Assembly (NCBI RefSeq): GCF_001194135.2
Contig: NC_068985.1
Coordinates: forward strand, 44,269,697-44,333,696
Length of the DNA stretch: 64,000 nucleotides
Source of the DNA: Octopus bimaculoides
Lineage: Eukaryota
Direction of reading: 5' to 3'
How positions within the stretch are numbered: position 1 is the stretch's first letter; every line of letters starts with the position of its first letter. The notes under the pieces are model-generated. The model had not been told where the DNA came from, searched no databases, and saw nothing but the letters and a program-made list of their open reading frames with translations. This document shows positions 13,003-24,375 of the stretch, one piece after another. Both the position numbers and the translations under genes were made by a program.

Positions 13003-13160
13003 ACGGGCTTCTTTCAGTTTCCGTCTACCAAATCCACTCACAAGGCTTTAGTTGGCCCGGGCTTAAGTAGAAGACACTTGCCCAAGGTGCCACGCAGTGG
13101 GACTGAACCAGGAACCATGTGGTTGGGAAGCAAGCTTCTTACCACACAGCCGCTCCTGCA
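12740..13160 (-). mobile_element. Full-length composite family C SINE
   Basis: tRNA head, CORE-like block, internal (TA)n/(TG)n, then 3' half AATAAGTCCTGGGGTCGAT..GGTGCTCCAGCATG; homologous to 19410-19800 and 54001-54422. Confidence 0.9.
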
Positions 13161-13189
13161 CCTATAATATCAATAGCATCAATAATAAT

Positions 13190-13790
13190 AATAATAATTG
13201 TTTCAGTTTTGCCATTATTGTTAATCTGTTGCTCAAACCTAGTTTTAGTTTTGCTTTCTTGGCAAGTATGCACTGCTCCAGCTCTTCAATCACAACATTC
13301 AGTCCTTTTGTAACAACACCAAACTTCTTCCATTTTTCAAATTTATGATCATTCTTCAATTCTCCTTTTCTTTTCCTGTCAAGTACTGACATTACACTGT
13401 TCAGAGAGCTTATATCTTATGATATTCTCCTTCTCCACCAAGGCTGTTTATTTCCTTTTCTTTCTGTCAATGTTCTCTTCTCATTGATCTTCAATTGCAA
13501 CAGTTTTACTTGCAGCCTTGATGAGTCTATTTGTTTGTGAGATGTTCCTTGTTTCAATACATCATTGTCTTTACCTGCTTCTTGATTTAGTTTCCATTGG
13601 TTAGCCTTGTAGAAATTCTACATAAATTCTGTCTCTTCTGCATTTAATTGATCCAAAACCTTGTTCATTATCAACTGATCTTCATCGTTTACTTGTACTC
13701 TGATCTCGTTTTTTTTTGTAGCATTCACATCAATATATTCTTGTGAACAATTGTCCACTTCTTCTTCTTCTTCTCCTCCTCCTCCTTGTC
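13190..13790 (-). mobile_element. R4/Dong-clade non-LTR retrotransposon ORF fragment (pre-RT region)
   Basis: Decayed peptide QPWWRRRIS..MSVLDRKRKGELKNDHKFEKWKKFGVVTKGLNVVIEELEQCILAKKAKLK, typical of the R4/Dong N-terminal region. Confidence 0.75.
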
Positions 13791-13810
13791 ATCATCATCA
13801 TATTATTATT

Positions 13811-14371
13811 GCCCTGATGCAATACCAGGCAGTGTCACTCATAGCTTCTGATCTGAACTGAATGAAAATGTTAATATGTATGTGTTTTGTCTTTCTGGTG
13901 TAAAAGATGGGCTACAGCAAATATTCTACTCAATACAACAGATTTGCTTGTTAGTTGTTTGACCATAACTAGTTGAGCATGTCCCTTAGTGGTTAATGAT
14001 ATATGCATCTCTGATCATGAGCAGAAGTAGTGGGGTAGAAGCATAGCCAAGTGTTGAGAAGGATTCTTTGAGGTTTGAAATTATTCAAACCCCTAAGAAT
14101 CCCCTGAAAACATAGGTGCTGTATTCGCCATCCTTTAACAATATATTTTGAGCAGGCTGAGCTATTTGACCTGAAGAAAAATTCTAAGTGGGCCCTACCT
14201 GCAAGGGCATGAGCTGTTTATCTTAATATGGAGCTCACCATGTTGTACACATATGCTTGTGATGCATGTGTATGGTATATCCTTATCAGATGGATAGTCA
14301 TGATGGATGTATTGGGCTTTGTATATTTGTACCTCAGTGTTACTTTGATGCAGTGTGCTGCTCTCCCATTC
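13811..14371. mobile_element. Family D non-autonomous element (~560 nt) flanked by ATT/AAT repeats
   Basis: Colinear with 41197-41752; (AAT)n at the right end. Confidence 0.85.
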
Positions 14372-14944
14372 AATAATAATAATGATAATAATAATAACAA
14401 TAATAATACTCTCTATTACTACTACACTGAACTATTAATATCCACAAAATTTACATCTTGAAATCCTTTTAACGTGTGTGATGTATAAACATAATTTTTG
14501 TTTCTTCCCCAAATCAACACAAAATGACATACTAATATGTTTGTGCCCGTTGCCAATAAATTCTCAAACAACAAAAGTAAGAATGCCAAGAGGGATTTAG
14601 TAGTTCTTTGAGTAAAGACTAAGTAAATTCTCCAGCTTGTCAATATATTATGACATGATGTTATAGTAGTTTCAAATAACAAATCCTCCACATACCACCA
14701 CCTCACCTAAGCTGTCTTTTATAGTTTAGAATGCCATCTAAGCAAAATTCTACTCACATTCTAATACACACACACATACGTGCATATGTATATCTATCTA
14801 TCTAGGTAGTGATCTATTATATATATAAAAATATATNNNNNNNNNNNNNNNNNNNNNNNNNNNNNNNNNNNNNNNNNNNNNNNNNNNNNNNNNNNNNNNN
14901 NNNNNNNNNNNNNNNNNNNTATATATATATATATATATATATAT

Positions 14945-15100
14945 ATTCTTTAATGTCCATTTCCCATTCTGACATGGGTTGGATGGTTTGACAGGAGCTG
15001 GCAAGTCAGAGAACTGCACCAGGCACCAATTGTCTGTTTTAGCATAGTCTCTATGGCTGGATGCCCTTCTTAATGTCAACCTCTTTACAGAGTGTACCGG
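14945..15100 (-). mobile_element. RTE-LINE 3'UTR fragment (family A, old)
   Basis: CATGGGTTGGATGG..CTGGATGCCCTTC. Confidence 0.7.
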
Positions 15101-15349
15101 GTGGTTTTTTTTTTATATGGCACAAACACAAAAGCATTTTAACATCCACTTTTTCATGCTTGCATTGTTAAGATGGAATTTGTTGAGGTGAATTTTCTAC
15201 AGGTGGATGCTGATGCTCTTCCTGTTGCCAACCCTCACCTGTTTCCAAGAAAAAGTAATATTATTGCACTTGTATTATAGTGACACTCATTTACAACTAT
15301 GTGATGTCACACAAGTAGACAGTAACAAGCACATGCATGCACACAGACA

Positions 15350-15510
15350 CACAATGGGCTTCTTTCAGTTTTCCTTGACCAAATCCAGCCACAAGGCTTC
15401 AGTCAGCTCAGGGCTATAGTAGAAGGCACTTGTCCAAGGTGTCATGCAGTATGACTGAACCAAGAGTCATGTGTGATTGAGAAGCAAACTTCTAACCACA
15501 CAGCCACGCC
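15350..15510 (-). mobile_element. Family C SINE, 5' half
   Basis: GGGCTTCTTTCAGTTT..CCACACAGCCACGCC. Confidence 0.7.
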
Positions 15511-16424
15511 AGTCTATCTGTCCGCCCATCTATCCATCCATCTATCTATCTACACACACACACACACATATATATAACAAAAGAGGGAGTGTATTTCTAT
15601 GCAGGAAAAAATATAGGATAATTTGTTGTTGAAAATTCACCTAAATTTGAAAAATTTGTAATTGCTTAAAATAAATTTATTTACATATATACCAAACTAG
15701 TTTCAACAATATATATATATATATATAAATATATATATGTTTTACTCAACCTTTGGCATTTGAGTACTGTTATCTTCAACTAAATCTCACACATGTCTCT
15801 ATATATGAGTGTATATGCATGTGAGTGTGTGTTTCAATGTATTATGCGTCAGTAGTTGGTGAAGGACTACCCTGAAAACAAGTGGACAGACATAGTGTGT
15901 GTTTTTACACAGACGCACACACCATTTTGACATGACCTCGCTTTACAAAAGAAAAGATCTCGTGTGACACGGTCCTCAGTTTTAGTTACAAGATATTAGA
16001 ACGTTCTTCTATTTGAAATCTAAGTATGTTGATCGATGACTGTATTCAAAAGCAGCACATCAAACATTTGTTATTTCATGGCCTTGAGAAACAGTCGTCA
16101 CATTAGAAAAAAAGCCTTTGATGCCAGATGAAGAAATATAATCTAGATCAGTCCGTTATTTCTGTCTATCAATCTCGACAGATGAAGAATTTCAACAAAT
16201 ACCATTTCTTTGTACATTCCACTTAAGATTTTTCTGATAGAAAGTCATTCTTTCTCCCCCTTTATACTTTCTATGTCATTCTTTTGTGTTACTATTTAAT
16301 CAATATTTACTTATCAGCACCACTGACTTCAAGAGTTTGATTTCACAAGTTATAACATGCATTTAGATTTGAGCCTGACACTAAAGCCCATAGTACGCGG
16401 TAAGCTGTATATCATCATAATATT

Positions 16425-16625
16425 AATTCTTTATTCAAGCACTCAGTCTCTTACACAGAGGGGACAGCACAAGGACAGACAAAACACTACAGTGGGAACA
16501 AAAAAAAACAAAACGAATGAAATGAGCAAAATGTTATATAATAAATGAAGATGGAATGGCTGCATGACCCCCACTCTCAAGCAGTACCATTTGAACGTTT
16601 TCTCAGACAGTTTCTAATCTTTTAT
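16425..16625 (-). mobile_element. Probable L1/Tx1-like LINE 3' terminus
   Basis: Ends in TGAATAAAAG on the minus strand after a short KIRNCLRKRSNGTA* frame; assigned from recalled family pattern only. Confidence 0.35.
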
Positions 16626-16944
16626 TTTTCCTTTCGTTTTTTTTCCTTAGTATCATTTATTTTTTAAGAAATTCTCCTTTTTTCTTTTTAAAGTTCATAT
16701 ATGGTTCCAATTCTCTATATTCCACCACAGGTGGCACTTCATCAAATTCAACTTTGACTCTGAGTGGATCAATCTCGCTTTTAAATATTTCCTTTAACTT
16801 GTTGTACCTTTGCTTTCACATGTTCATTATAAATCTCTTTTGGCAGCTTAACTCTTGTTATATCATCATAATTCTTATGTAAAGTTAAAGGACGAATGTG
16901 GAGGCAAATGTATGCATAAAGGAATTAATCATGATTAGAAGCAT

Positions 16945-17105
16945 AGGCATGGACATGTGGATATGCAGTTTGTTCTATAACCAGTTGGTTTTGGATTCAG
17001 TCCCACAGCATAGCACTTTAAGCAAGTGTCTTCTACTATAGCCCCCGGCTGATTAATGCATTGTGAATGGAAATGGTAGATGGAAACAGTAAAACAGCAT
17101 GGAAG
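16945..17105 (+). mobile_element. Family C SINE, 5' half, decayed
   Basis: GGATTCAGTCCCACAGCATAGCACTTTAAGCAAGTGTCTTCTACTATAGC. Confidence 0.65.
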
Positions 17106-17632
17106 CTTATTGCATTTGTGTGTGTGCATGTGCACATGAATGTTTACATTGTGTGCCTTCACATGACACTGGAGCAAAAGAGTAATGTGTTCCCATTACC
17201 TACAAACAATACAGCCTGCAGCTTTGCTGGTTCTGAAGATCAGTGGAGTAAAAATAAAAATAAAATTCCTTATTTGAAAAATAAGTCAGGGCATAATCTG
17301 GTTGCAAAATACTACCTCAATAAGTTGCCATCCAACCCACGCTGAGATGGAAAAATGGATGTAAAATGAACAAACATGGTTATAGTATACACATACACAT
17401 ACATAATATACACATACATAGTATATACATACATACATATGTATATATATATACATGCAGTAGCAGTACATGGCTGTTGCTGAATCATATTTATCTATAT
17501 AAGTATTCATAAAATAATTTCATGTAATCATATGAGAATGAAAACTTACCAACTTAAAGGTCATGCAACAACACAGAAACAAATGTTGTAATTTGTAATT
17601 AAAGCCTGTTTTTCCATCCTCTTCTATAAATT

Positions 17633-17667
<35 letters not shown>

Positions 17668-17691
17668 CTATCTATCTATCTATCTATCTAT

Positions 17692-17729
<38 letters not shown>

Positions 17730-17732
<3 letters not shown>

Positions 17733-18055
17733 TCAAATTTAAGGTTAAAGAATTAAAGTTAAAAAAATAATGTTTGTCTGTGCGTCTGTCTAATCGATAA
17801 AATCTCTCAATACAATGAAACTGAAATGTAAATCTCCCAGCTTAAAACCATAGAGGACACCTGAGGAGTCTTCTATGCATTGTGTATTGCATCTGATGTT
17901 ATTGCATCATTCCACGCCCACAAAGGAGCAATGCACCTCGAAGATGAAACAATTGTTGTAATAAATTATTTTTTGGGTACAGTCTGTCTTCTCTATCAAT
18001 CTTTAGGTGGTGCACCGGCATGACCGCAGCCACTTGGCTGAAACACATAAATAAA
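17730..18055 (+). mobile_element. Penelope-like terminal fragment with a hammerhead motif, followed by a family C-like 3' tail
   Basis: Starts at (TA)n; hammerhead core at 17861-17957; 17990-18050 resembles GGCGGTGCTCCAGCATGGCCGCAGTC..CTGAAAC. Confidence 0.55.
17856..17962 (+). ncRNA. Minimal type-I hammerhead-like motif with extended stem II
   Basis: GACAC-CTGAGGA-GTCTTC..GAAGAT-GAAA-CAATTGT-T; palindromic stem III ACAATTGT; stem I only partly paired. Confidence 0.55.
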
Positions 18056-18070
18056 TAAATATATATATAT

Positions 18071-18668
18071 CATCATCATCATCATCATCATCATCTTTTA
18101 ACGTCCGCTTTCCATGCTAGCATGGGTTGGACGATTTGACTGAGGACTGGTGAAACCAAATGGCTACACCAGGCTCCAATCTGATTTGGCAGAGTGTCTA
18201 CAGCTGGATGCCCTTCCTAACGCCAACCACTCAGAGAGTGTAGTGGGTGCTTTTACGTGTCNNNNNNNNNNNNNNNNNNNNNNNNNNNNNNNNNNNNNNN
18301 NNNNNNNNNNNNNNNNNNNNNNNNNNNNNNNNNNNNNNNNNNNNNNNNNNNNNNNNNNNNNNNNNNNNNNNNNNNNNNNNNNNNNNNNNNNNNNNNNNNN
18401 NNNNNNNNNNNNNNNNNNNNNNNNNNNNNNNNNNNNNGAAAATCCCACGAAGGCCCCCCAGGCGGCACTGGCAACGGTCACACTCAAAATGGTGCATTTC
18501 ATGTGTCACCCGCACAAGAGCCAGTCAGGGGCACTGGCAACGATCTCGCTCGAAAAATTTCATGTGTCACCCGCACAAGAACCAGCCCAGAGGCACTGGC
18601 AACGATCTCGCTCGAAAATCCTACGACGGCCCCACACAAGAGCCAGTCCAGGGGCACTGGCAACGATA
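18071..18668 (-). mobile_element. Young family A RTE 3'UTR with expanded 62-nt repeat array (gap inside)
   Basis: Units GCCAGT..ACTGGC..CATGTG..TTCGAGCGAGATCGTT on the minus strand. Confidence 0.9.
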
Positions 18669-19409
18669 ATCTACCATCTCAAGTTTAGTGTATAGATGTG
18701 CGTGTCAGTTAATATATTATTATTAACTAAAATAGCATATGAACCCACTGACCTCTAACTGACCCTATCTCAAACTAATTAATAATCTTTTCTTTCTCAT
18801 TTACATTCTCTCTCTTCCTAGTTCTCTTCATCTACTTCCCTCCCACACATAGCCATAAACCAATTCTGAACTTTTTCCATTAACCAAGGACATGAAAAAC
18901 AATTGCTTCATTTTCCTTTTCTCTGAAGGACACAATCTGAAATTAGAATTAATTCTTTCCCTAATTATTACATAAACTTATAAAACCTTACACTTTACCA
19001 ATAAATAAAATGTTTGCAAGTGCAAACCACTACATTTTCCTAAGATTCTACTTTTAAACAAACTTATTCAATCAGTTCAGAAGGAACAACTTCCAGTGCT
19101 ATTATGTAATACACATCATATATTATGTATAACAATATCATCTCTATCATCATTGTCTATAGACATGACATGTGATAAGTCACCTCAAGTTATTGAAACA
19201 ATTGTAAACCATGTAATAAATGCTATATCATAAACCCCACTCTTCACTTACCTTATATGTGTGTGTGTGTGTGTGTGTGTATAAAGGTAAGATCCAAGGA
19301 TCAAGGTGTAGGAAGTTAGTAAGTTTCAGGCAGGTATAATTAACAACTTTTAGGAACAATAGTGGTTTATTGATGTAGAAGATTATAAATTCTTCCCATA
19401 GGGTTCAAT

Positions 19410-19800
19410 AGGCACAGGTGTGGCTGTGTGGTAAATAGCTTGCTTCCCAACCACATGGCTCCGGGTTCAGTACCACTGCATAGCACCTTGGGCAAGGGTC
19501 TTCTGCTATAGCCACAGGCCGACCAAAGCCTTGTGAGTGGATTTCGTAGACGGAAACTGAAAGAAGCCTGTCGTATATATATATATTTGTGTGTTTGTGT
19601 TTGTCCCTCCACCATCACTTGACAACTGAGCTTGGTGTGTTTACGTCCCCATAACTTAGCGGTTTATCAAAAGAGACTGATAGAATAAGTAGCAGGCTTA
19701 CAAAGAATAAGTCCAAGAGTTGATTTTGACTAAAAGGTGGTGCTTCAGCATGGTCACAGTCAAAATGACTGAAACAAGTAAAAGTATAAAGTGTAAAAGT
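19410..19800 (+). mobile_element. Full-length composite family C SINE
   Basis: GGCACAGGTGTGGCTGTGTGGTAA head, CCGGGTTCAGTACC B-box, (TA)n/(TG)n, CTGAAACAAGTAAAAG tail. Confidence 0.9.
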
Positions 19801-20419
19801 GTATATCAAAGTTTGGTAAGCTGAAAAAATGGTTTTATAGCTTATGGTTGGCAGTTTGGGTGGCTGCGCATGCACGTAAAAATTCAAAATTAGGGAATGG
19901 AGTAGATAAAATCCAGGCTACATAAATTTCAGAGCTAGTAGAACCTCAGGAGTAGTAATTGCTCAAATGAGGGGTAATCACAACTACAATTTCCATTTGA
20001 TTTTTATTTTGATGTTGATGTACTTGACTCAATAGGGTCTCCTCAAGCACTCTTAAAATAATTAAACAAAAGACAATATTTGACTATAACAGGATTTCAA
20101 TTGAGAAATTCTGTAAACCATTTAGTCAAATAATTTTTCTTTCTCTTTCTTCACTGAATAAATAGAAAGTTGTGGTGTTTATGCCTTTCTGATAGTTGTA
20201 AGTAGCGTAGGTAGATAGCACTATCTGGTTTAAGATCTATTTTGACAGTGGCATCCAATGTAAATTTTGTGCTACACACCACGCCATCTGCACCATGTTA
20301 AAAAACTAATGAGCAACAAGATTTAATTAGCAGTGATCTAATTAGAACACCTTTTGTGAGAGTTTATGAAGAATTAAAGGAATGCTAGTGATGTATGACC
20401 CACTGTGGCTGTTACTGCA

Positions 20420-20690
20420 ACCACACCATACCACTGCTGCTGCCACCTTCACCCCCCCCCCACAAGACTGTCGCCACTGCAATTATACCACTAATACCAC
20501 TAGCACCGATACTACAACAACAACACTATCATTACTGAAATAACTAGAACATACTTACCACACCAACATCACCACCACAATCATGACTACACCACCACCA
20601 CCACCACCATCCTCATTACTACATAACCACTATAACTGTAACACTAATACAACCAATTCCATCATCACCACCACCACCAACAACAGACAC
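20420..20690. repeat. Degenerate (ACC/ACT)n low-complexity tract
   Basis: Direct reading. Confidence 0.8.
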
Positions 20691-20844
20691 TGTCTTGGAT
20701 CTCTTTGATCAATCCTCATTAAAAAGCCATTCTAACAATAATTCTTCCCCTCCCCTTCTGTTTTAAACCTTAAAATATAGAAAAATTTAAAGAAATAAAA
20801 CGAAGAATTTAATGTGTAAATATTTTATTACAGTTATTTACTAG

Positions 20845-21115
20845 ACACACACACACACACACACACACAAATGCACATACACATAACCACACGACCATAC
20901 AGACATAAGCGTATGTATGTGTGTGCACGTGTGTGAGTGTGTATGTGTATAGGTGTGTGTGTGTGTGTTGGTGTAGGTGTGTGTATAGGTGTGTATGCAT
21001 GTGTGTATGCATGTGTATATGTGTGTGTATGTCTGTGTGTAGGTGTTTGTGTGTAGGTGTATATGTGTAGGTGTGTGTGTGTGCAAGTGTGTGTGTGTGT
21101 ATGTGTGCATGTGTG
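20845..21115. repeat. (CA)n followed by degenerate (TG)n/(TGTA)n
   Basis: Direct reading. Confidence 0.9.
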
Positions 21116-21119
21116 TGAA

Positions 21120-21235
21120 GGCATATGGCCCAGTGGTTAGGGTGTTGCACTCAGGATTGAGAGATCATTGTTTCGAATCCAGGACCTGGTGGTGCATTAT
21201 GTTCTTCAGCCAAACACTTCATCACTCAAAGAATT
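21120..21235 (+). mobile_element. Family E tRNA-SINE head
   Basis: GGCATATGGCCCAGTGGTTAGGG A-box, TTTCGAATCC B-box. Confidence 0.6.
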
Positions 21236-21619
21236 CCGATGCATCACTGTTCTGGATTCAAATCTCAATGGGTACTGATTTTGTCTGCCATCTCCCATGT
21301 AAATAAGACATCAATAAGATACTAAGGCTGTTTCGGTAAGCTATTACAAAACTGGTCCTACATGTTGTCAAAAACCATTAGTCTAATGGATTGGTGTTAG
21401 GAGATTAGACTAGGTATTTTATTATGATGGATTTTATTTCATAGTCGAGTGTTTATTGGTAAGAGGGGACTTTAGCCATACAAATAATATGATTACTTTA
21501 TTGCAAACTGTTTCTCTAATAATAACATGATAAACGGATGTAAAACTAGCAATAAATAAATGAAATAAAATAAAATAAAATACTTGAAAATAGAATTGAA
21601 GTACAGTCAATTGAATTAA

Positions 21620-22070
21620 CTATGTGTGATTAAAATGTTCACTTCCCAACCATGTGGTTTTGGGTTCAGTGCCACTGTGTGGAATTCTGGGCAAATGTCT
21701 TCTATTACAACCCTGAGCTGGCCTAAAATATGCGAGTGGATTTGGTAGATGAAAATTGAAAGAAATCCACTGGCTGGTGCTGGTGATATGTAATAGCACC
21801 TGTGCCAGTGACACCAAATGAATACCCATGCCAGTAACACATAAAAGCACCCATGCCAGTAACATGTGAAAGCACCTGTGCCAATGACACACAGAAGGTA
21901 TTCACTACACTCTTAGAGTGGTTGGCATTATGAAGGGCATCTGGCCGTAGAAACCAAGCCAAATCAAACTGGAACCTGGTACAGTTCTCTGATTTACCAG
22001 TTCCAGTCAAACCATCTAACCCATGCCAGCATGGAAAGTGGATGTTAATTGATGATGGTGATGATGATAT
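21620..22070 (+). mobile_element. Family C SINE 5' half (21620-21775) joined to a family A 3'UTR (21770-22070)
   Basis: Motif matches to both families. Confidence 0.7.
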
Positions 22071-22432
22071 ACATTTACGTATGTGTATGTGAGTGTGTGT
22101 GTATATTTGCATCTCCCTCTTGGCATCATGTGATTGTGGTAAATCACTGTCACACAAATAATGTCATTTATCTCCAGTATTCTGGCTATGGGGAAAATAT
22201 TACCTTACTTGGAAACAGGAAGGGCATTTAGCCACAAAGAAATTGCCTCAATAAGCTCTGTCCAATCCATGCAAGCATTGAAAAGTAGTCATTAAAATGA
22301 TGATAATGATATATCATTCCTATCACCAACCACTTCACAGAGTGGACTGGGAGCATTTTTCATGCCACCAGCAGAATATAGAAGTTGTCTTCTAAGACTC
22401 AAATGTGCTTTACACACTCCACTTTTGTTCAG

Positions 22433-22492
22433 AGTGGTTCCTCTTCTAAACAGGATGTCTTCACTAAAGCTAACATAATCCATTCTGTACAG
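22433..22492 (+). CDS. Candidate 60-nt exon SGSSSKQDVFTKANIIHSVQ
   Basis: CTCCACTTTTGTTCAG acceptor, CAG|GTAATT donor, phase 0-0, unique sequence. Confidence 0.35.
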
Positions 22493-23334
22493 GTAATTTA
22501 ATTGCAGTTATTGCTTTATTAGATGGACTGCCTTCACTAGAGTTAACAGCATCCTTGTCTCTCTGGAACTGATTTAATTTCAGTGTTTACAACCCTCCTG
22601 GACAGGATGCTAGAATCAACTGTCTTAGAGGGGTTGCTAGGAATCAGGAAAAAGGTAAGGAAGGGGTTGTATCTGAGAGGGATGATAAAGTATGATGTAA
22701 TGAGTGGGTCACATTGGGAAGAGGAGAGGAAAAGAGAAAGAAAGAGTGGTGAGGAACAACAAAAGGTAACATAAGTGTGTGTGTGTGTGTGTGGGGGGGG
22801 CTTTATTTGGCTGACATTGGCAGTGTTGGGGAGGCACCCTTTGTAGGAACATGGGGATAGTGATATTGATAGAGGCAGAAAGAGTTCCGATCTGTATGGT
22901 ACTGGTCATGGAACTAAGGCACAGTAAAGTAGAGAAAACAGTAAAAGTGGGATAAGTACGAGGCAGAATATATATGTCACCAGCCTAAGAATGTAAAGAG
23001 GGGTAATGGTGCCAAGCTGCTCATATTGCTTATTGTTCTTACAGAAATTGTTTGGAGGTCATGATGAGCTATGGCATCTGTGCATGCATAATTGTCTCAC
23101 AACATTAATAACAGTTACAGTAGTGTGGAAGACGCATATTAACCATTCAAAACCACACATAAAAACTGTTAACTTTCACATCAACATTTATGATTTGGTG
23201 TCAAGATTTGAAACATTTTACAATAGCTAACATATATCTTTTATGTTGTAACTGTTTTAGCTTTGACTCATGATCTAAGATGAAATCACTTGCTTGACAG
23301 GTACACTTCCGAAATTAATTACAGCACAGAATAA

Positions 23335-23900
23335 GTATTGGCTTCAAATTTATACATAAGGCCAGCAATTTCAAGGATGTGATTACATTGACCCCGGCAC
23401 TCAACTGATACTTATTTTATCAACCCTGAAATGATGAAAGGCAAAATCAACCTTGGCAGAATTTGAACTCAGAACATAAAGACAGATGAAATGCCACAAA
23501 GCCTTTTGCCTAGGGTGGTAATGGTTCTAACACTTCGCAACCTTTCTTCTTTTCAGAATATTGGTTTCAAAAGGCAGCAAGCTGACAGAATCGTTAGCAT
23601 GGCCGAGGTCAACTTTGCTTTTCATCTTTTCAGGGTCGATAAATTACACACCAGTTGCATACTGGGGTCAATCTAATCGACTGGCCTCCTTCCCAAAAAA
23701 TTTGAGCCTTGTGCCTAGAGTAGAAAAGAATATTGGTTTCAAATTTTGACACAAGGTCAGCAATTTCAAGGGTAGTGGCTAGTTGATTGCATCGACCCCA
23801 GCAGAATCAACCTCAGCAGAATTTGAACTCAGACCATAAAGACAGACGAAATACTGCCAAGTATTTTTCTAGGCATGCTAACTATCCTGCCAGCTCGCTG
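23335..23900. mobile_element. Three family B SINE fragments (23335-23525 -, 23570-23735 +, 23736-23900 -)
   Basis: Central-domain and tail motif matches in both orientations. Confidence 0.75.
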
Positions 23901-24208
23901 CCTTACAAAGAGAGTAAATTATTTACATCATTTACATTTGACGAATATTTGTCCTCATCTTGTTTGTTATTGACATATTTCGACTGATATACCCTCCAGC
24001 CCTCATCCCGTGGGATGAAGTTAAAATAATAGACAGAAAACACCACTGGAAAATATGAAAACTAAAAGAAATAGCACATATGCTAGGACACAACAACCTC
24101 CTAAGCAGACCGAGTACAGATATGAGCAGCATATGGGAACTGGTATTAAGGAAGGATAAGAGAATATTAGATTTATAAGCCCTAAAAATTCACTCCATAA
24201 TTGCCCAC

Positions 24209-24265
24209 GGGCATATGGTGTAGTGGTTAAGAGCGCAGGCTACTAACCCCAAGATTCTGAGTTCT
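24209..24265 (+). other. tRNA-derived segment inside the Penelope-like 3' region
   Basis: GGGCATATGGTGTAGTGGTTAAGAGCGCAGGCTACTAACCCCAAGATTCTGAGTTC: A-box and anticodon-arm-like, B-box truncated. Confidence 0.55.
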
Positions 24266-24329
24266 GGACAACAACATCAGCATTAAAAAATACCTTAGGA
24301 ATGAGAACCCAGGTTCAAAATTTCCCCAA

Positions 24330-24375
24330 GACACCTGATGAAGGCTGGAAGGTATATCAGCCGAAATGTTGTGTT
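24330..24375 (+). ncRNA. Minimal type-I hammerhead motif
   Basis: Stem I GACAC/GTGTT, CTGATGA(A), stem II GGCTG/CAGCC, GAAA, stem III ATGT (from ACGT), cleavage triplet GUU. Confidence 0.65.

Noticed and set aside
24209-24265. Functional tRNA gene (also the SINE heads at 7872, 19410, 21120, 54001, 63560)
   Set aside because: No complete cloverleaf or acceptor stem; the heads continue into SINE/PLE bodies
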